From NCBI GenBank assembly GCA_963827235.1, contig CAWHAE010000010.1:128001-192000 (forward strand): a stretch of 64,000 nucleotides of DNA, given 5' to 3'. Shown in pieces: positions 49,552-61,664 of this stretch. The translations under genes were made by a program, and so were the position numbers. The number at the start of each line of letters is the position of its first letter. Position 1 is the first letter of the stretch. Under the pieces are notes generated by a model, which did no database searches, had not been told where the DNA came from, and was given only the letters and a program-made list of their open reading frames with translations. The DNA comes from an uncultured bacterium. GTDB taxonomy: Bacteria; Chloroflexota; UBA5177; JANWHV01.

Positions 49552-52541
49552 TCAGCCGAGCGAGGCCAGCAACTGCTCGGCACTCTCGATATCCGCGCGT
49601 GCGCCCAGCCACCGGAAGATAGTCAGCGCCGCCTCCAGGCAGGCTCGCGCAGCCGCAGTGTCGCCGCGGGCCAGGTGCAACCGGCTGTACACCTCCAGCA
49701 GCCGCCCCTCGCCATGCGGGTAGGGCATGCTGCGCGTCAGCGCCAGCCCCTCCACCAGCGCCTGGGCCGCCTCATCCCAGCACCCCTGCCGCAGCAGCAT
49801 GAGGGCCTGCACCCGCAGCAGTTGCGCCAAGGCTAGCCGGCAGGTGCCGCGCCGCGCCCGCTCGATCGCTCCGCACACGGTCATGGCAGCCCGTTCGATC
49901 TGGCCCGCTTCGAGCTGCGCCCAGGCCAGCGCCGGCAGCACGTACTGCGTTACCACGCGCTCCTCCTGACCCGGCCGGTCGAGCAGCGGGAGGAGGCGCG
50001 CGCAGGCCGTTGGGCTCGGCCTTCGACCACGTCGCGCTCGGCGAGGAGCGCACGCGCGATGAGCGCGTGCAGGCGCTCGCCCGTTCCTCCAGAGACTGCC
50101 AGCACCTGTTCGAAGTAATGTGCCGCCTCGTCCCAGGCACCCGCGGCATGCCAGGACACGTCCCAGGTCGACGCGCGGCCGCGTGTAGTTGAATCCGTCG
50201 GTGATACCCGTCTCGTCCGCGAGGGCCACGCCGCGCGCCAGGTACGCGCGGGCGGCGGCCCAGTCTCCGCTCAGGAAGGCGTTCAGTCCCAGCCGGCTCA
50301 TGGCGGCCACGATGCCGCCTGCATGGTGTGCTCGTTCCGAGACCGCAAGTGGCGTTGGCGGCCAGTCTGCCCGGCTGGTACTCGCCGCGCTCTTCGTCGA
50401 TGCCGGGACGATATGGCCATGGCCTATCGTCCTCCGGTACCGCCAGTGCCGCAGCCTCCTGGGCCGCCTGGAGCGCTTCATCGGCGCGGCTGGCCATAGT
50501 GCACACGTACGTGCGGCTCGTGAGTGCCGATACCACCAGAGAGTGGTCACCCAGCGCACGGGCGACCGCTTCCCCGCTGGCGATAACGGCCAACCCGTTG
50601 CCAACCTGGGCATCGTTGATATAGAGTCCGGCCAACGTTAGGTATGCCGCGGCCAGCTCGGCAGAGGGGCCGCCGGGCTCCAGATTGCCACTACCGGCTG
50701 CAGGCGCGCTATTTCCGACGGCAAAGGGGCCTCTGGTTCCATATATCTCAGCGATCAGTGTTTCAATGCGGGCCATGCCCGGCAGGTCGCCCGTCCGGCG
50801 AAGCATGTCCGCTGCCTGTTCGAGCACGGCCTGCGCGGCGTCGTACTGGTCCAGGCGCATCAGGACGGGGCCGGCTTCTCACGGGCACGCAGGAGGTCCG
50901 CTTCGACACCACCCAGTTCCTCCAGGCAGGCCACCAGATCTCGGTAGTGCTCTGCCGCCGCTGTGTGGGCGAACTGGGCCGCTGCCTGAACGCCGGCCTG
51001 CTCCAGGTAGACCGCCGCTCGGGCCGCGTCGCCGGCCTCGCGGTCATGGTAGGCCAGCGCTTCCACGGACGGCTTGCCGGGCGCGCGCTCCAAGGCTTGG
51101 GCCACCTGCCGGTGCAGCAGGCGTCGCCCCGCCAGGCCAAGGTCTGCTTCCACCACTTCGCGTATCAGGTCGTGCACGAAGGCGTAGGCGTCGTCCGCGG
51201 TCTCTTCCAGCAGCCCGGCCCGGCAGGTCTGGTCCAGCAGACCGGGCAACGCGCGCTCCGGCAGCTCTACCACAGCAAGCAGCGACGAGCGGGGAACCAC
51301 ACGACCCAGCACCGCCGCCGCGCCCAGCAGCGTGCGTGCGGTCTCAGGCAGCGTCTGCACCCGGCGCCGGATGCTCTGCCGCAGGTCCCAGGGCACGACT
51401 TGTGCAGCCGGCCATAGTCCCGAGCCCCTGGACGCTGCGCGCATAGCTCATCAAGTAGAAGGGCACGCCGCCTGCGCGCTGCGCCACCTGTGCGGCCAGC
51501 GCCGTTCTGGCCGACTCTCGCTCGCCGAGCGCGCGCACAAAGAGCGCCTGCGCCTCGGCCAGCGAGAGTGGATGCAGTGTGTGGTGGGTCACCATCTGCG
51601 CTTCGCTCATCTCGGCCACGGCCAGGACGAGTGGGTGCGCCGGGCCGACGTCGGTCTCGCGGTACGCGCCAACCACGCGCAACGGCACATCTTGCGGTTG
51701 ACAGGAGCAAACTGGCGAGGAGGTCGCAGGCATCGGCGCCGGCCCAGTGCAGGTCGTCCAGCAGCAGCAACGTGCCGGCCGGACCTGCCACGTTGGCCAG
51801 GAAGCGCCCGACGGCCTTGAACAGCAGGTGGCGTTCCTGCTCGGGCTGCAGCACCCAGCGCGGCAGCGGCTCGACGGCATCCTCGGGTAAATCAGGAGGA
51901 GCAGGCGGACCAGCCAGGCACAGCCCGCCAGCTCCGCGCGCAGGGCCGCCACCGCCCGGCTCGCCACGTGCCGCTCCAGGGCCTGCAGCAGCGGCGCGAA
52001 CGGCTCTCCCGTGCCCCGGCTGCACCCGCCGGCCAGCACCGCCCCAGCCCCGCGGGAGGGCCAGAGACGCCGCCTCCTGCAGGAGGCGGGGACTTACCGA
52101 TGCCCGGCTCGCCGGCAAACAGCAGGAGTGGCGGGCCCTCGCCGGCCAGGTGCACTTCCCCAGCGCCGCCACTTCACGCACGCGCCCGACCAAGGGCAGC
52201 GCGCTGACCCCGCCCGGGCCCACCACCGCCAGTGCCGCGAACCCCTCCTGCTTGCGGGGCCGGCCCGGTCGTGCCCGCGGGTGTGCCCCAACCGGCGTGC
52301 CCGGAGGCGCCCTCGTGCCCAGCGCGTCGAGTCGAGCGCGCTCGCTTGGCGCCAGGTGGAGTGCAGCCGCGAACGCCGCCACCGTCGCCCGCTGGGGATG
52401 CTGCTTGAGCCCCCGCTCCAGGTCGCTGATGGCCCGCACACTCAGCCCGGCGCGCTCGGCCAGCACCTCCTGCGTCAGCCCGGCACGCGGCGGTGCCGCT
52501 TCAGCCGAATCGCCAAACGGGGTGGCTGCGCTCTCCACCAT
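49552..52541 (-). CDS. XRE-HTH + AAA_16/MalT-like ATPase + TPR regulator (many frameshifts, possibly pseudogene)
   Basis: GLTQEVLAERAGLS, LVGRVRE, GEPGIGKS, LLLLDDLHWA, GGVPFY, FVHDLIRE, TPR tail. Confidence 0.8.
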
Positions 52542-52809
52542 GCCTGAACCCCCCAAAGCGCGGCGAGTCGTCGGTGGCTGCTTGCTGCCGCCATTGTAGC
52601 ACGGCAGGGGCGCGCTCTCGGACCGGGGGCGTGTGCGTTTCCGCCCGTGCGCGTGGGTAGCCCGGCGACTCGTGTGCCCGCACGTGTGGGTTTCGCCGCA
52701 TTCTGCGCCTTTTTCCGCGACGCCCTTCGGCACAGAGTGGAGTCCAGGTAGGCTGCAGCCTGCTGCTCAGCCTGCGCCGGCAGTGCCGCTCCAAAGGGGA
52801 GCTCTGCAT

Positions 52810-53316
52810 ATGGCCCGCTTTGTCTTGCTGGTTCTCGCCTTGGATGCCCTGCTGCTCGGCGCCGTACTCGCGGTCTGGACTGCCGGCCGCGCGAGCAATG
52901 GCGACCCGGTGTATTCGGTGGCGGCGCTGGATGCGCAGCTGGAGCAAGCCGGCATTGCCTGGGTGGGACGCACGGTTCGGGTCCGCGGTGCGGTCGGGAA
53001 CTGCGGTCCGTTGAACGGGCCACCCATGTTCTGCCAGGTTCCGCAGCCGCAGGCAGGGGCTGGTTCATTGTCCGTCAATCCGTTGCCTCTGGCCCTCGCG
53101 CACCCGACCGCGCTGCAGCGTTTGTTCCAGCCCCTGCCCGTGCTACGCAATCTGGTTGTGGAGCCACCGTCTGCCCTATCGGCTGACGAGGCCGGCGTCT
53201 TTCGGATCACGCTCCAGCGGCAACGTGACCTCGACTGCGGCAGCGCGGTGTGCTACGAAGGCCTCGTCGTGGCCGTGACGGTAACGAACAGCCCGGAAGC
53301 TGGGAGCGCGCACTGA
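52810..53316 (+). CDS. Hypothetical membrane-anchored/exported protein
   Basis: N-terminal hydrophobic helix, four Cys, RBS upstream; divergent from the regulator. Confidence 0.6.
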   Translation: MARFVLLVLALDALLLGAVLAVWTAGRASNGDPVYSVAALDAQLEQAGIAWVGRTVRVRGAVGNCGPLNGPPMFCQVPQPQAGAGSLSVNPLPLALAHPTALQRLFQPLPVLRNLVVEPPSALSADEAGVFRITLQRQRDLDCGSAVCYEGLVVAVTVTNSPEAGSAH

Positions 53317-53631
53317 CAGCCAACCTATTCTCACCGACTCATCGCGAGAACTTGCACGACATGCGCCCAACTCGGATACGGCGCACAAGAAGCAAGTCCG
53401 GCGACAAGGCGAGGTTTGCAGCCAAATCGCGGACTCATGAGTATGCAGCCTCAGTTGTGCCCAGCCCTGGTCCGCTCCGTGCGGTGAACCGCGTTTCGGC
53501 TCCCGCACGCCACCAGACCGGGCTAATCGCCAGCCAAACGCGCTTCTGCTGTTATCTGCAACATGCGGCCCAGGCAGGCGCACGCCATACTGACTGCTGA
53601 GGCAGGCCCATGAGTCGCCGGCTGAGGGGTA

Positions 53632-54249
53632 GTGAGCACCGTGGTAAAGAAGCTCGACCGCGTGCTGGTCATCGACGTCGAGGCGACCTGCTGGCCGGGC
53701 GAGCCGCCGGCAGGCCAAGTCAGCGACATCATCGAGATCGGCATCTGTACCGTCGAGGTTGCGACAGGCGTCCGCGCCGACCGCCGCAGCCTGCTGGTCC
53801 GTCCGACTCGCTCCACGGTCAGCGAGTACTGTGCAGCGTTGACCTCGCTGACACCGGCAGAGGTGGAGCAGGGTATGGACTTCGGTGAGGCGTGCAGCGT
53901 GCTCGAGGGCGACTACCTTAGCCGGGCGAGGGCTTGGGCCAGTTGGGGTGACTACGATCGCCAGCAGTTCGAGCGCCAGTGCCGCGACCTTGACATCGCC
54001 TATCCATTCGGACCGAGCCACATCAACACGAAGACCCTGTTCGCCCTCTGGCATCGCCTGCCGCGCGAGCTGGGCATGGCGCGGGCCTTGGCTTTCGCGC
54101 AACTCCCGCTCGAGGGCACGCACCACCGGGGTGGCGACGATGCCTGGAACATCGCTGCCCTTCTTGCCAGCTTGCTGCCCAGCGCCACGAAGGCGCCAGG
54201 CTCGGGTGGCGAGGGCGGGCCAGACAGCGCAACAACCGGGCCCGCCTAG
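53632..54249 (+). CDS. DEDDh 3'-5' exonuclease (ERI-1/KapD-like)
   Basis: VIDVEATCW, IIEIG, SWGDYD, HHRGGDDA. Confidence 0.9.
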   Translation: MSTVVKKLDRVLVIDVEATCWPGEPPAGQVSDIIEIGICTVEVATGVRADRRSLLVRPTRSTVSEYCAALTSLTPAEVEQGMDFGEACSVLEGDYLSRARAWASWGDYDRQQFERQCRDLDIAYPFGPSHINTKTLFALWHRLPRELGMARALAFAQLPLEGTHHRGGDDAWNIAALLASLLPSATKAPGSGGEGGPDSATTGPA

Positions 54250-54622
54250 ACAGCAAAGCCAACCAAGGCGTAACTCATGCCGTCGCGGTGTCCAACGTGG
54301 CTGCCGCGTGCGACCGCCGTCGCCTGCCCACCGACCCACGGAGCCTGCCGTTAGGACAGGGCGAATGTATCCCGTTCCTACAGCGCTACCCCTAGTACCC
54401 TCCACGGCACGTCACACAACATATCCATCCTGGGCGCTCACTAGGTGGGAGCGTTCCTCTGCCACACCCTTGCAATACGATCTCTTGGTGCACAAGCCTT
54501 GCGCCCATCTCACGCGACCGTATAACCATGTCCGCCGCAAGGCTGATCGGTCGGCGCACGCGGATCGTTGATGGATCGTGTAGGCGTCTTGGCGCAGCAG
54601 CCGCACGCAGTCTCGACCAGAA

Positions 54623-55625
54623 TCAGTGCGCGCGCCTCTCTTGGGCTGGACGGGTGTGCCACGCGTTCAGCACGGCACGCTCCCGCTCCGCTGCCAGGCC
54701 GGCCGCGTGCGGCGTGCCCGCAGGACGCTCCGCGTCCCAGCGCAGCGTATCGCGAATGGTCTCCGCCAGCGGCCGGAAGCGCAGGCCGGCACCGATGGCC
54801 CGCGCGCACTTGACGGTCATGTCTTCCTGCGGGATCCACAAGGGGAGTTCCATCCAGGGCCCGACCTGCTGCGCCAGCAAGAAGTCATCGGGCAGCCAGG
54901 TGAACCAGGCATCGCTCCCCGCTTCCGCCCGACAGGCCTGGAGCAGCGCCTCCATGCTCAGTCCCGCTGCCGGGCCTGTCGCGTTGAAGGTCCCCGTCGC
55001 ACCGGCCTCGGCTTGTCTCACCAGCCAGGCCGCGAGGTCGCGCACATCGATGAACTGCTTCTGTGCCGCCGGCCGCCCGGGCGCCAGGACCTCGCCGCCT
55101 TGCACCACCCGGCGCGGCCAGTAGGTGAAGCGATCCGTCGGATCGTGCGGGCCCACCAATCAGGCCGGGCCGAACGACCAGCACCCGGCCCGGCAGGGCC
55201 GCTGCCGCGGCTTGCTCGCAGAGCGCCTTCAGCGGGCCGTAGTGCTCCGGCGACGTGTCTTCGACTGCCGGATCCGGCAAGGTGCCGACTAGGCTCTCCT
55301 CATCCAGATCGGGCAGTGCGAGGTCCGGGTAGACCGATATCGTGGACACAAAGACGTACCGGCCGACCGCGTCTGCCAGCAGCCCTGCGGAGGCGGCCAC
55401 CAGCCGCGGCACGTAGCCAGACGTATCCACCACCGCGTCCCACGTGCGACCCTCTACAGCGCCGAGATCGCCATCGCGGTCGCCCTGCAGCCGCGCTACC
55501 TCCGGAAACAGTTCGGCGTTATGGCGTCCACGGTTGAACAGCGTGACGTGATGCCCGGCGGCCAGGGCTGCCTCGACCAGGTGCCGACCGACAAAGACCG
55601 TGCCACCCAGGATTAGCAGCTTCAT
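54623..55625 (-). CDS. NAD-dependent epimerase/dehydratase family (frameshift near 55155)
   Basis: ILGGTVFVG, FNRG, YGPLKALCE, RPGLI-VGPHDPTDRFTYW, IDVRDLA. Confidence 0.9.
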
Positions 55626-55887
55626 CCAGTCCCCTCCGCCTCACCTTCCGATCTTAGCGCAGGTGTCGTGGGTGCTGCCTGACGATGGCACCGACGGAAT
55701 TCGATACTCGCGCCCACGGCGCAATCGCCCGACCAGAGGCGAATAGGCGCTTCCATGGGGAGTGGCACGGTACCATGCGGTTGTATGATCATGCGGTGGT
55801 CTTCCCCTACTGCCCGCGCAAGCGCCGCGCGCTGGCCTGGGCACGCGCGTCAGGTGAGGCCTCCACTAGTGCGCAAGGAGCGTAGTC

Positions 55888-56322
55888 ATGGAAGCCACTT
55901 CGTTCGTGGGCGGTTGGCGCTTGCTGTCGTGGGAGCTGCACGATGCTGCCGGTCACATCGACTGCCCGTTCGGGCGCGACCCCATCGGCTATCTCATTTA
56001 CACGCCCGATGGCTACATGAGTGCCACCCTCACGCCGGCGCGCCGTCCCCACTTCGCCGCGAGCGACATCATGGGAGGAGACGTGATGGAGCGCGCAGCG
56101 GCAGCAGCCACCTGCATCGCCTATGCCGGCCCCTACGAGGTGCGCGCGGGCGCAGTCCTGCACCACGTGGAGGTGAGCTTGTTTCCCAATTGGATTGGCA
56201 CTACCCAGGAACGCTACTATGCATTCTCCGACGACCGGCTCACGCTGAGCACGGTACCCATCATCGTGCGGGGCCTCGAGCAGCGCGCCTACCTGGTCTG
56301 GGAACGGGCACCGCAGCGATAA
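55888..56322 (+). CDS. Lipocalin-like domain protein
   Basis: GGWRLLSW, PIGYLIYTPDGYMS, AYAG.Y, PNWIG..QER, LVWER. Confidence 0.85.
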   Translation: MEATSFVGGWRLLSWELHDAAGHIDCPFGRDPIGYLIYTPDGYMSATLTPARRPHFAASDIMGGDVMERAAAAATCIAYAGPYEVRAGAVLHHVEVSLFPNWIGTTQERYYAFSDDRLTLSTVPIIVRGLEQRAYLVWERAPQR

Positions 56323-56501
56323 TAGGGTGGCTGGTCACACCTATATGAACGTAACGGCCCGCCTGAGCAGAGCAGGTCATCCATGCGCCCCGGCATGATG
56401 CGCATCGGCCAGCCGCAGGACTGGGGAAGCATTTGCACGTGACGACGGTCACATGCCGCGCCGTCCGTATGTCCATGCAGGCGCAGCGAGTCGCGTCCGA
56501 C

Positions 56502-57462
56502 TCACCAGCGCCCGATCGTCTCGCGCAGTTGCCGATCGCTCCACTTCGCGTAGATGCGCGTCGTCTCCAGCTTGGTGTGCCCTAAATGCCGAGCCGTGGC
56601 TTCCAGGTCGTGCGTCTCCGCATACAGGCGCGTCCCAGCAGTGTGCCGGAGCGCATGCACGCCCTTCGCCGTTACGCCGGCCTGCGCGCAGAGCAGCTGC
56701 ATGTGTCGCCAGGCACTCGCCGCCGTGTGATAAGAGCACGGACCCCATCCCCCGGCCTCGCCAACGCCTCCAAGCCCTGGCCCAACGTGGCCCTAGGGGC
56801 AACACCCCTTTCCCGGCTCCCCTTGCCTGCCGCACCACGAGGTCTCGACGCGCGAGGTGCACATCGGTCCAGCGCAGGTCGGCGCATTCTTGTGCCCGCA
56901 AGCCGGCATGAGCGCCCAGGAGCACGAGCACTCGGTCTGCCGGGTCCGATGCCGTCTGCAAGAGTGCCGCCACCTCGTCGTCGGCATAGGGCAGGCGCTT
57001 CTCCCACGCCGGTGTCGCGTCCCGCGGTGGTCGGCACTCGTTGAACGAATCGAGACTCAGCGCACGGGCCCAGCGCAACGCCGCATAGAGCCCACGCGCT
57101 GCGGTGAGCCGACCCTGGATCGTCGCCGGTGCGAGTCCACGCCGCTCCAAGTGCCGCAGGTAGCTGGTACCGGCGTCAGGGTCGGGATGGAGGAGGTCCA
57201 CGCGCGCCCACGCGCTGAGCAGGCTGTGCACGCCAGTGTGATAGTTGCGCACGGTGTGGACGGAGACCATGGCGCCGGCACTGCTGAAGGCGCGTAGCCA
57301 CGCCTCGGTCAGGCTCCACAGCGTCCTGGCATCGTGTTCATGCGCCCCCTGCATCGCCGTCCGCCTACGCTCCGAGCGGGACAGGCGTAGCCAGGCGGCC
57401 GTGCCGTCGTCGCCAAAACCGAAATAGGGAACAAGTGCGGTGCCGGGTGGGAGTGCGCACAT
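56502..57462 (-). CDS. Tyrosine recombinase/integrase (frameshifts near 56700-56820)
   Basis: HAGLR (Arg), HALRH (HxxR), LGH...TT.IY (His/Tyr); N-terminal LWSLTEA..HT..NY. Confidence 0.85.
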
Positions 57463-58047
57463 GGCTGAGCCCTTTCTGCCTCGACAAGCATTCACCGTGC
57501 CGCAGCTGGCAACGGTGGCGGCAGCGTACGCCGGTCTGGCTCAGCAGCACAGGACGGTTGTCCACCAGCCTGCAGAGCGCATCCTGCGCCGCGAGGCGAG
57601 CATCGCGCCGTTCCGCACTCGGTTCCTGACTGCCCAGTGTGAAGCGGTGAACGGGACGTTGGCGCATCCGCTGTATCGCATCGCAGTCCATGGGGCACGA
57701 GATCTGCGCCCCTTTGCTCGAGTGGACCTCGGCACTCAGAGACATGGATCAGGCAGTCCTGCGGGCCGACCGGGTAGCGGTATGTCCATACACTGCTCCT
57801 GCTGCCAGTTCACCTGCGGTCGCATTCGCTGACGACGCCCGCACGCACGCCGCTGCAGCACGAGCACGCTCCCGAGAAGGTCGTGCTACACATGCTGCCA
57901 CGATGCCCTGCGGCCCAAGCGGTAACGGCCCGGTCAGTTGTCGGTCGCAGCAGTATGCTGAGGACAGAGGCGTGCAAGGTCGTACCAGTGCACGCGTGGA
58001 GCGAACCACGGCGCTCAGCGGCAGTTGCCGCTACGGGAGGACACGGC

Positions 58048-58743
58048 ATGAAGATCGGTATCATCGGCGCCGGCAACATCGGTGGCACCCTTGCGCGCCG
58101 GCTGACCGCGCTCGGGCATGAAGTGGCCGTCGCCAATTCGCGCGGGGCGGACACGCTCGCCGACCTCGCCGCGGCGACCGGGGCGACGGCCGTGCCGGCC
58201 CGCGAGGCAGCCCGGGGCGCGCACCTCGTGATCGTCACCATCCCCGAGAAGAACGTCCCGCTGCTGCCAGCCGGGCTGTTCGACGAGGCAGCGGCAGGGG
58301 TCGTCGTCGTGGACACCGGCAACTACTACCCCCGGCAGCGTGATGGCCGCATCGAGGCCATTGAGGCCGGGCTGACGGAAAGTCAGTGGGTGGCGCAGCA
58401 GCTGGGTCGGCCGGTGATCAAAGCCTTCAACAACATCTACGCCCAGCACTTGCTCGACCGTGGCAAGCCAGCTGGAACGCCGGGGCGCATCGCCTTGCCC
58501 GTGGCTGGCGACGATCCTGCAGCGAAGGCGGTGGTGCTGCGTGTGGTCGAGGAGCTGGGCTTCGATGGCGTGGATGCCGGGACGCTGGAAGAGTCGTGGC
58601 GGCAGCAGCCCGGCACGCCGGTCTACGCCGCCAATCTCGACGCCGCCGGTGTGCGGCAGGCCCTGGCGCAGGCGAGCCCCGAGCGCCGGCCGGAGTTTCG
58701 CGGCACGGCACATAGCCCAGGCACCTTCAACGCGCCTGCCTAG
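58048..58743 (+). CDS. NADPH-dependent F420 reductase-like oxidoreductase
   Basis: IGIIGAGNIG, NSRG, VDTGNYYP, VIKAFNNI, SWRQQPGTP. Confidence 0.9.
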   Translation: MKIGIIGAGNIGGTLARRLTALGHEVAVANSRGADTLADLAAATGATAVPAREAARGAHLVIVTIPEKNVPLLPAGLFDEAAAGVVVVDTGNYYPRQRDGRIEAIEAGLTESQWVAQQLGRPVIKAFNNIYAQHLLDRGKPAGTPGRIALPVAGDDPAAKAVVLRVVEELGFDGVDAGTLEESWRQQPGTPVYAANLDAAGVRQALAQASPERRPEFRGTAHSPGTFNAPA

Positions 58744-59139
58744 CGCAAGCAACCGGCACCGCGCCGGCCGTGAGAACGTAGCCGCACTCGGCGCGAGATT
58801 TGCTAGCTGTCGGCCAGCCGCACCGTGGTACGTACACATCTCGAGAGTGTGCGTGGCGCAATCGCCGGCGTCGAACGTTGCAGTACATGCGCCCCTGCCG
58901 TACGCCCACCGAGGGACGGCGTGCACGGTGACGGTCCGGCCTCCACAGTCGGTCACGCCACCAGCAGGTTGGATGTTCATGCAGCTGCAGGCGTACTCGC
59001 TCTCTGCCACCTGCGTCCTATCCTCTCGCGGGATTGCCGGTCGCTTTCACGTCAAGCATGGTGGTGCGCGCCGAGGCACCGTGCTCGTGGTACTCGCCAT
59101 ACACAACGCGCAGCGGCACCGCAGGCGCACCGTCTAGCA

Positions 59140-59167
59140 TCTTACGCTTCGACACGTTAGCGTAGAA
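59140..59167. other. Candidate 11-6-11 tyrosine-recombinase (dif-like) site
   Basis: tcttacgcttc-gacacg-ttagcgtagaa; arms are imperfect inverted repeats sharing AGCGTA. Confidence 0.35.
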
Positions 59168-59284
59168 TTTGGTCGCAACGGACCGCAGGGCTGGTGCGCC
59201 TCAGCTGGCGACGGGCTCCCACCAACGCCAGTGGCCGTCAAGCGCGGAAGCACGCGAGAACACTGGAGCGAAGGGAACAGCCCA

Positions 59285-59463
59285 ATGCCAGCCCAGGACC
59301 GTACGAGCACGGATATCCGTTTGGACGAACAAGTCGCGCTGGTGACCGGCGGAGGTCGCGGCATCGGGCGGGCTATGGCGCTCGCCTTGGGCAGAGCAGG
59401 CGCCGTCGTCGCCGTCTGCGCGCATACCGGCAGCCAACTGGCCGAAACCGTCCAACACACAGA
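59285..59463 (+). pseudogene. N-terminal fragment of an SDR oxidoreductase
   Basis: VALVTGGGRGIGRA; truncated at the integrase remnant. Confidence 0.75.
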
Positions 59464-59464
59464 T

Positions 59465-59616
59465 CAGATCTCGTCGCGCCAGATGGATATCGGCCCAGCG
59501 CAGGCCCGCGCATTCCTGTATCCGCAGCCCAGCATGCGCACCCAGGAACACCAGGACGCGATCAGCCGGGCCGGCGCTGTCTGCAGCAGCGCTGCGACCT
59601 CGTCATCGGCGTAGGG
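59465..59616 (-). pseudogene. Internal fragment of a second tyrosine recombinase, paralog of 56840-56990
   Basis: PYADDEVAALLQTA...LGAHAGLRIQECAGLRWADIHLARRDL. Confidence 0.8.
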
Positions 59617-59649
59617 ACACTGCAACAAAGGGAAAGCAACGGGAACCCG

Positions 59650-60230
59650 CACGCTGGGCCCGGCGCCCGTGCGGGCCGCGCTCGACCGGCTCACGAACCG
59701 CCGGCCCAAGGGGGCCAAGGTGGTTCGCCTGACCCGCGACTACCTGGCCCGACATGCGGCCCGCCTGGACTACCCCGCCTTCCGGGCCCAACTGTTCCCG
59801 ATCGGCTCGGGGGCCATCGAGGGCACCGTCAAGAACTTCATCCGAGCGCGCCAGGTGCAGGCCGGCATGCGCTGGACGCCGCAGGGGGGCCCACGCCGTC
59901 GCCAACCTGCGCGCCCTGCACCGCTGGCAGCGGTTCTGGCAGTCGCGGCCCCTGGGCCGTGCGGCGGCCCTGAGGCACGCCACCCGTCGGCGTCAGGCCG
60001 CCGAGCACGCCGCCGCAGCGCTCCAGCCTGCCGTGCCGACCACACCGCCCGCCCCGCAAACGGCGACCGCGACGCCGCCAGAGACCACCCCACCCTCACC
60101 GACTGCCCACGGTGCCGCACCCGCATCCAAACGGAAGGGAAGCCCTGGAGCAAGAGCATGGACTACTGGCGCCGCACTCCCCTCAGTCAGCGGCGCCCAG
60201 CCTGACCTAGCCCAAATGCAATCACACATC
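59650..60230 (+). mobile_element. 3' remnant of an ISKra4/ISLre2-type transposase
   Basis: YL.....RLDYP......PIGSGAIEG..K......GMRW motif; N-terminal part missing. Confidence 0.75.
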
Positions 60231-60383
60231 ACCGGCCCGCCCCAAGAGCTTGAGCTAGTTGCGTGGCGGCCTCAGCCGCGCTATGCTCGTGGTGTCGCAT
60301 TGCAGGGAACGGTGGCACGAGGCGGCGCGCATTCGTGCCTGCCGTGGTAGACGACCGCGAACATGCGGCACGAGGTCCGGGCC

Positions 60384-61612
60384 ATGAAACTACGCCCGCG
60401 AAGTTGGTGGGTCCGCTTGCTGGTTGGCATCGTGCTCGTGGCGGTCACGCTTCCCTGGTCCGCTGCCTCCGGCGGGCCGCCCACAGCGCACGCGAGCGGC
60501 GGCCCCAGACCAAGTATACATCCCGCCGGTCACCGGGACGGCCGACCCCAGCGTGCCGGCTGCCGAGAAGGAGGCCATCAGCCACGCGATTCAGAACCTG
60601 GTGGCGGAGCAGCTGGCCAAGAAGTATCCGTGCTCGACCGTCGCCACCAGCGCCGACCTGGCGAATGTCCTGGGCTGGCAGAAGAACAGGGGCTCGCTGA
60701 GCGCGACCACGCCGGAGCAGGAGGAGCAGGTCCTGGAGAGCGTGGCGGGCGCGCTGGGCGCCGCCACGTTGGTCGTCGCATCGTACGCCATGATCGGCGA
60801 CACGCTTAGTGACGGTAAGCGTCATGGACGCGACCACGGGCCAGGTGATCGACAGGACCGCGACCACGGCCCGCAACCAGGGGTCGGACGCCTTTCTCGA
60901 CCTTGCCGGCGAGGCCGTCGACCAGATCTCGGCCGGACTCTGCCGGGCCTACTGGGTCGGATCGATCACTATCATGGACGACGACAACGGCACCTCCAAG
61001 ACGTTCGATACGATCGTGTCGGATGCCGGCGCCAAGAAATACCCCTCCACCGTCACCCTGAACAGCCACGTGTTCGAGAGCGCGTTGCTGACGCCGCCGC
61101 GCGGCCTCTCGCAGTCGACCGGCGACATTGCCCAGCAAACCGCGCTCATCACGTACCAGCGGTCGGATGTCACGCACAGCAGCCGCACGATGGGCTTGCT
61201 GGATTCCTGCAACGCGCACCTGCGCAACCTCACCTTCACGCTCGAAGAAACGTCGTCGCACAAGGCGCAGGATTCCTGGAGGGGCCCGGTGAGCGTGAAC
61301 GTGGACCAGGAGGCCGGGACCTACACGATCGGCATCACCGGGCGCGACGTGAACTCGCAGCTGACGGCCACCACGAAGCACACGGGGTTTAACAAGGCGC
61401 CATGCGGCAAGCCGCCGGCGGACTCGTCGGTAACGGACATGGTCACGTTGAGCGTGACGAACTGGGAGCTGGATGGCAGGCTGGATCCCAAGAACCCGTA
61501 CAAGCTCGCCGGCCATACCCACCGGGTCGACACCGGCCTCGGCATGACGAACACGCTCGAAGAGTCGTGGTCGCTCACGCTCAAGAATCCGCCCAAGTCG
61601 GGCACGTCCTGA
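60384..61612 (+). CDS. Secreted protein with CsgG/TolB-N-like domain (two frameshifts)
   Basis: Signal peptide MKLRPRSWWVRLLVGIVLVAV; VAGALGA..LVV.S...IG...VSVMD..TG.V pattern; beta-rich C-terminus. Confidence 0.6.
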
Positions 61613-61664
61613 TGCAGGCAAGATACGCCTGCGTTGCTGGAGATTTGGAAAGGATCCGCACGTG

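Noticed and set aside
57440-57832. Plus-strand ORF sharing CATG with the recombinase start
   Set aside because: Overlapping divergent starts leave no promoter space; no recognisable family
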